From Desulfuromonadales bacterium (GTDB lineage Bacteria; Desulfobacterota; Desulfuromonadia; Desulfuromonadales; UBA2197), in contig JACUTW010000005.1 of assembly GCA_014859605.1 (NCBI GenBank), forward strand, positions 1-60,670: DNA of 60,670 nucleotides. Reading direction: 5' to 3'. A model generated the notes under the pieces. The model ran no database searches. It was not told the origin of the DNA and saw nothing but the letters and a program-made list of their open reading frames with translations. Below are positions 57,862-60,670 of the stretch, one piece after another; the first letter of the stretch is position 1; every line of letters begins with the position of its first letter. Both the position numbers and the translations under genes were made by a program.

Positions 57862-58441
57862 GGTCAAGGCGATCATCGAGGCCCTCCTCTTTGCGGCGGA
57901 GACACCGCTCAAGAGTGAGAAGCTCAGCGAAATCCTTGGCCTCGAGCGTGGGATGATCACCGCCCTGTTGCGCGAACTGGTGCAGGAGTCCGAGAGTGCC
58001 GGGCACGGTTTTCTTCTCTGCAGCGTTGCTGAGGGCTATCAATATCGCAGCCGTCCGGAGTATGCTGAGTGGATTCGCCGTCTCGGCCACCACCGCCCCT
58101 TTCGCTTTTCGCGAGCGGCCCTGGAGACGCTGGCGATCATTGCTTACCGTCAACCGGTGACCCGGGCAGAGATCGAGTACCTGCGCGGCGTCGAATCCGG
58201 CGCCGTGGTCAAGACGCTGATGGAGAAGCGCTTGGTCAAGATCCTTGGTAAAAAAGAGATCGCCGGCCGGCCGCTGATCTATGGTACCACCCGTGATTTC
58301 CTTGAATTTTTCGGCCTCCGCGATTTGAGCGGACTGCCGACCCTGCGCGACTTCAGTGAGCTGGCACCGGATGCTCTTGAGGGGATGCTCCCTCTGGCGG
58401 ATGAGGATTCCTCAGTCGCCCCCATCGAAACGACGGAATAA
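57848..58441 (+). CDS. scpB: Segregation and condensation protein B
   Basis: IEALLFA, SRAALETLAIIAYRQPVTRAEIE..RGV, GRP..YGTT..FL..FGL..L..LP. Start placed at TTG 57848 after GAGGAG. Confidence 0.93.
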   Translation: MDTREVKAIIEALLFAAETPLKSEKLSEILGLERGMITALLRELVQESESAGHGFLLCSVAEGYQYRSRPEYAEWIRRLGHHRPFRFSRAALETLAIIAYRQPVTRAEIEYLRGVESGAVVKTLMEKRLVKILGKKEIAGRPLIYGTTRDFLEFFGLRDLSGLPTLRDFSELAPDALEGMLPLADEDSSVAPIETTE

Positions 58442-59205
58442 TGAAAGATCGACTGCAAAAGATAATGGCGGCGGCAGGACTGGCTTCACGCCGCCAGGCG
58501 GAAACCTGGATTACGGCCGGACGGGTCACGGTCAACGGTCGGATTGCCGAACTCGGGGAATCGGCCGATCCCCAGACCGACAAGATTCTTGTCGACGGCA
58601 AGCCGCTGCCGATTCAGACCACCTTGTACTATGTACTGCTCAACAAACCTTCCGGCTATGTCACCTCCCGCCAGGATCCGCAAGGGCGCGACTGCGTCAT
58701 CGATCTGGTGAAAGATCTGCCGGTCCGCCTCAATCCGGTGGGACGCCTCGATTTGACCACCGAAGGGCTTCTCCTCCTCACCAATGACGGCGATCTCGCT
58801 TATCGCCTGACTCATCCCAGTCACGAAATCGACAAGACCTATCTGGTGCGGGTGCGGGGGGAACTCGATCCGGTGGCGCGAAAGAAACTGGAGATGGGGA
58901 TGCTCCTCGATGACGGCATGACCGCCCCGGCCCGCATCGATCATCTGCGGCGCAGCGGCAGTCATAGCTGGTTTGAAATCACCATTCACGAAGGGCGCAA
59001 CCGCCAGGTACGCCGCATGTGTGAAGCGCTCGGCTATCCAGTCAGTCGTTTGATGCGGATCCGTCTCGGTTTTTTAGAGCTGGGACGCCTGAAGAGTGGC
59101 GAATATCGCTTGTTGACGAGCGAAGAAGTGGCACGTTTACGGGAAGAGTGCAATAAGCCGCCGCAACCGCGTCCGCCGGCTTCGTCCTTGACTCCTGAGA
59201 AGTAA
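58441..59205 (+). CDS. rluB: 23S rRNA pseudouridine synthase (RluB/RsuA family)
   Basis: S4 domain RLQKIMA.AG.ASRR.AE; NKP.GY; PVGRLD..TEGLLLLTNDG; EGRNRQVRRM; standard position after scpAB. Confidence 0.92.
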   Translation: MKDRLQKIMAAAGLASRRQAETWITAGRVTVNGRIAELGESADPQTDKILVDGKPLPIQTTLYYVLLNKPSGYVTSRQDPQGRDCVIDLVKDLPVRLNPVGRLDLTTEGLLLLTNDGDLAYRLTHPSHEIDKTYLVRVRGELDPVARKKLEMGMLLDDGMTAPARIDHLRRSGSHSWFEITIHEGRNRQVRRMCEALGYPVSRLMRIRLGFLELGRLKSGEYRLLTSEEVARLREECNKPPQPRPPASSLTPEK

Positions 59206-59258
59206 GTCGGATATTTTAGTAATTCAGTTTTATTTTCAACCTGACAATTGGGGAAGAT

Positions 59259-60670
59259 GTGGCGACTAAAGATCAGCTGATTGCTTCAGCACAAAAAAAT
59301 CTTGAAAAAGGTCAAATCAAGAAGGCCATTAAAGATTATCAGGAACTGCTCAAACTGGAGCCGAAGAATGACCAGTTTAAGCAGAAGCTTGCCGATTTGA
59401 TGTGTCGCATCAACCTCAAGGAAGATGCCCTGAATCTTTACGATTCCCTGGCTAAAGGGTATGCCGAGCGGGGTTTTTTCGCCAAAGGGGTGGCTGTTTA
59501 CAAGCAGATGCAGCGAATTGATCCAACCCGTCTCGATGTCTATCTGCGTCTGGCAGAGCTGAATCGCAGCCTCGGACTTTCCGGTAATGCCATGGCCGAG
59601 TATCGCAGCGTTCTCGATCTTTACGAGAAACGCAATATGCTTGCCGATGCCGCCGGCGTTCTGCAGAATATGGTCGAACTGGAGCCGGACAATATCAGTT
59701 TGCAGTTGCGGGTGCTGCAAAACTATCTCAAGGAAAAGCTTTACACGAAAGCGGCGGAAACGGCTCTTAAGGCTTGCGAGATTTGTTCTAAGTCCGGTGA
59801 TAGCGCGAAAAGTCAAAAAATTCTCCAGTCGATCCTTTCTCACCTGCCCGACAACAAAGAATTTCATACGGATCTTGCCAGCAGGCTGAGTACCGCCGGC
59901 CTCTTCACTGATGCGCTATATCTCTTTCAGTCGCTGTACCAGAGCGATCCGCAAGATCCCGTGATTCTCAATGAGTTGGCTGCGTTGTACGGCAAGGTTG
60001 GTGACGGGCAGAATGAACGGCTCTTTACGGAACAACTCCTGGCGGTGCAACCGACAGCTCCCGTAGCGGAGCGCCTGGTTCGCATCTGTCTCGACTCGGG
60101 GGATTACGTTCAAGCCGGGCGCACATTGGCAGAGCATGAAGCTCTTTTCGGTGATGAAAAACGGACAGAACTGTATCGGGAACTGGAGGGGCATCTTCCC
60201 GGTCAGCAGCGGGTGTCTGGCGTTGTGGCCCCTCACTCTGACGAAGTTGCTGTGTTGCCGCCAGTTACAGCTCCCTTCTCCCCGCCGCTCGATTTGCTCC
60301 CCCCGGCGACGACCGCAGCTATCAATGTAGCTGCGCCGCCGGAAGACCTTCCCTTCGGCGACGAAGAGTTCGGGCTTGACGATCTCCTTGCTCCGCGTCC
60401 ACGCAGCAGTGCACCTGCACCTGCACCTGCGCCGCTGCCAGCGCCGGTAGTGGAAGAAAGTGTTGCGGTGGAGCTTGCCGAAATCTCGATTGAGCTGCCG
60501 ATGGGGGAGGTCTCTTTTGATGACATCGACACTTTTGCTGAGGATCTGGACGATTTCGCAATCGAAATTGCGGATGAAGAGCTAGCAGTTGAAGAGCTAG
60601 CAGTTGAAGAGCTGACAGTTGAAGAGCTGACAGTTGAAGAGCTGACAGTTGAAGAGCTGACAGTTGAAGA
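59259..60670 (+). CDS. Tetratricopeptide-repeat protein (SgmX-like N-terminus), 3'-truncated by the window end
   Basis: Not in the ORF track because it has no stop. From GTG 59259: ATKDQLIASAQKNLEKGQIKKAIKDYQELLKLEP...YAERGFFAKGVAVYKQMQRIDP...LRLAELNRSLGLSGNAMAEY, then an acidic Pro-rich linker. Confidence 0.85.
   Translation, partial: MATKDQLIASAQKNLEKGQIKKAIKDYQELLKLEPKNDQFKQKLADLMCRINLKEDALNLYDSLAKGYAERGFFAKGVAVYKQMQRIDPTRLDVYLRLAELNRSLGLSGNAMAEYRSVLDLYEKRNMLADAAGVLQNMVELEPDNISLQLRVLQNYLKEKLYTKAAETALKACEICSKSGDSAKSQKILQSILSHLPDNKEFHTDLASRLSTAGLFTDALYLFQSLYQSDPQDPVILNELAALYGKVGDGQNERLFTEQLLAVQPTAPVAERLVRICLDSGDYVQAGRTLAEHEALFGDEKRTELYRELEGHLPGQQRVSGVVAPHSDEVAVLPPVTAPFSPPLDLLPPATTAAINVAAPPEDLPFGDEEFGLDDLLAPRPRSSAPAPAPAPLPAPVVEESVAVELAEISIELPMGEVSFDDIDTFAEDLDDFAIEIADEELAVEELAVEELTVEELTVEELTVEELTVE
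60576..60670 (+). repeat. 15-bp coding tandem repeat (EELAV/EELTV)
   Basis: GAAGAGCTAGCAGTT x2, GAAGAGCTGACAGTT x4, plus a partial copy; in frame with the TPR gene. Confidence 0.95.

Noticed and set aside
54446-60670. 9-bp and 15-bp repeats as CRISPR arrays
   Set aside because: Units are too short, directly tandem with no unique spacers, lie in coding frames, and no cas genes are present.

Overview
A gene-dense, GC-rich bacterial chromosomal segment, by inference from a Desulfuromonadales/Geobacter-like deltaproteobacterium. It is mostly housekeeping genes: a DEAD-box helicase, RNA methyltransferases, a cyclophilin, pyc, pfkA, argS, ugd, valS, rlpA and scpA-scpB-rluB. The less ordinary parts are as follows. 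(1) A 15-kb PUFA-synthase-like iterative type I PKS locus (pfaD, pfaA with 3 ACPs, fused pfaBC) is packed without gaps between ispH and scpAB-rluB; its interdomain linkers carry four AT-rich palindromic 9-bp-period DNA elements read in different frames. (2) A czcCBA-type metal efflux operon is preceded by a small Cys/His secreted leader ORF. (3) A run of envelope proteins (COG3014-like, CsgG/FlgT-like, YcfL-like, LpoB-like, DUF1566) follows rlpA. (4) A RhuM gene sits between a dead and an intact copy of a 193-bp phnA/yjdM 5' duplication. (5) A probable leaderless TumE/TumA-like toxin-antitoxin pair opens the window. (6) RomR-like and SgmX-like polarity genes are present; the latter is missing from the ORF track because it runs off the window end. 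(7) Several REP-like palindrome families occur. No rRNA, tRNA, CRISPR array, transposase or integrase was recognised. All family calls come from motif recognition by eye; no database search was run.
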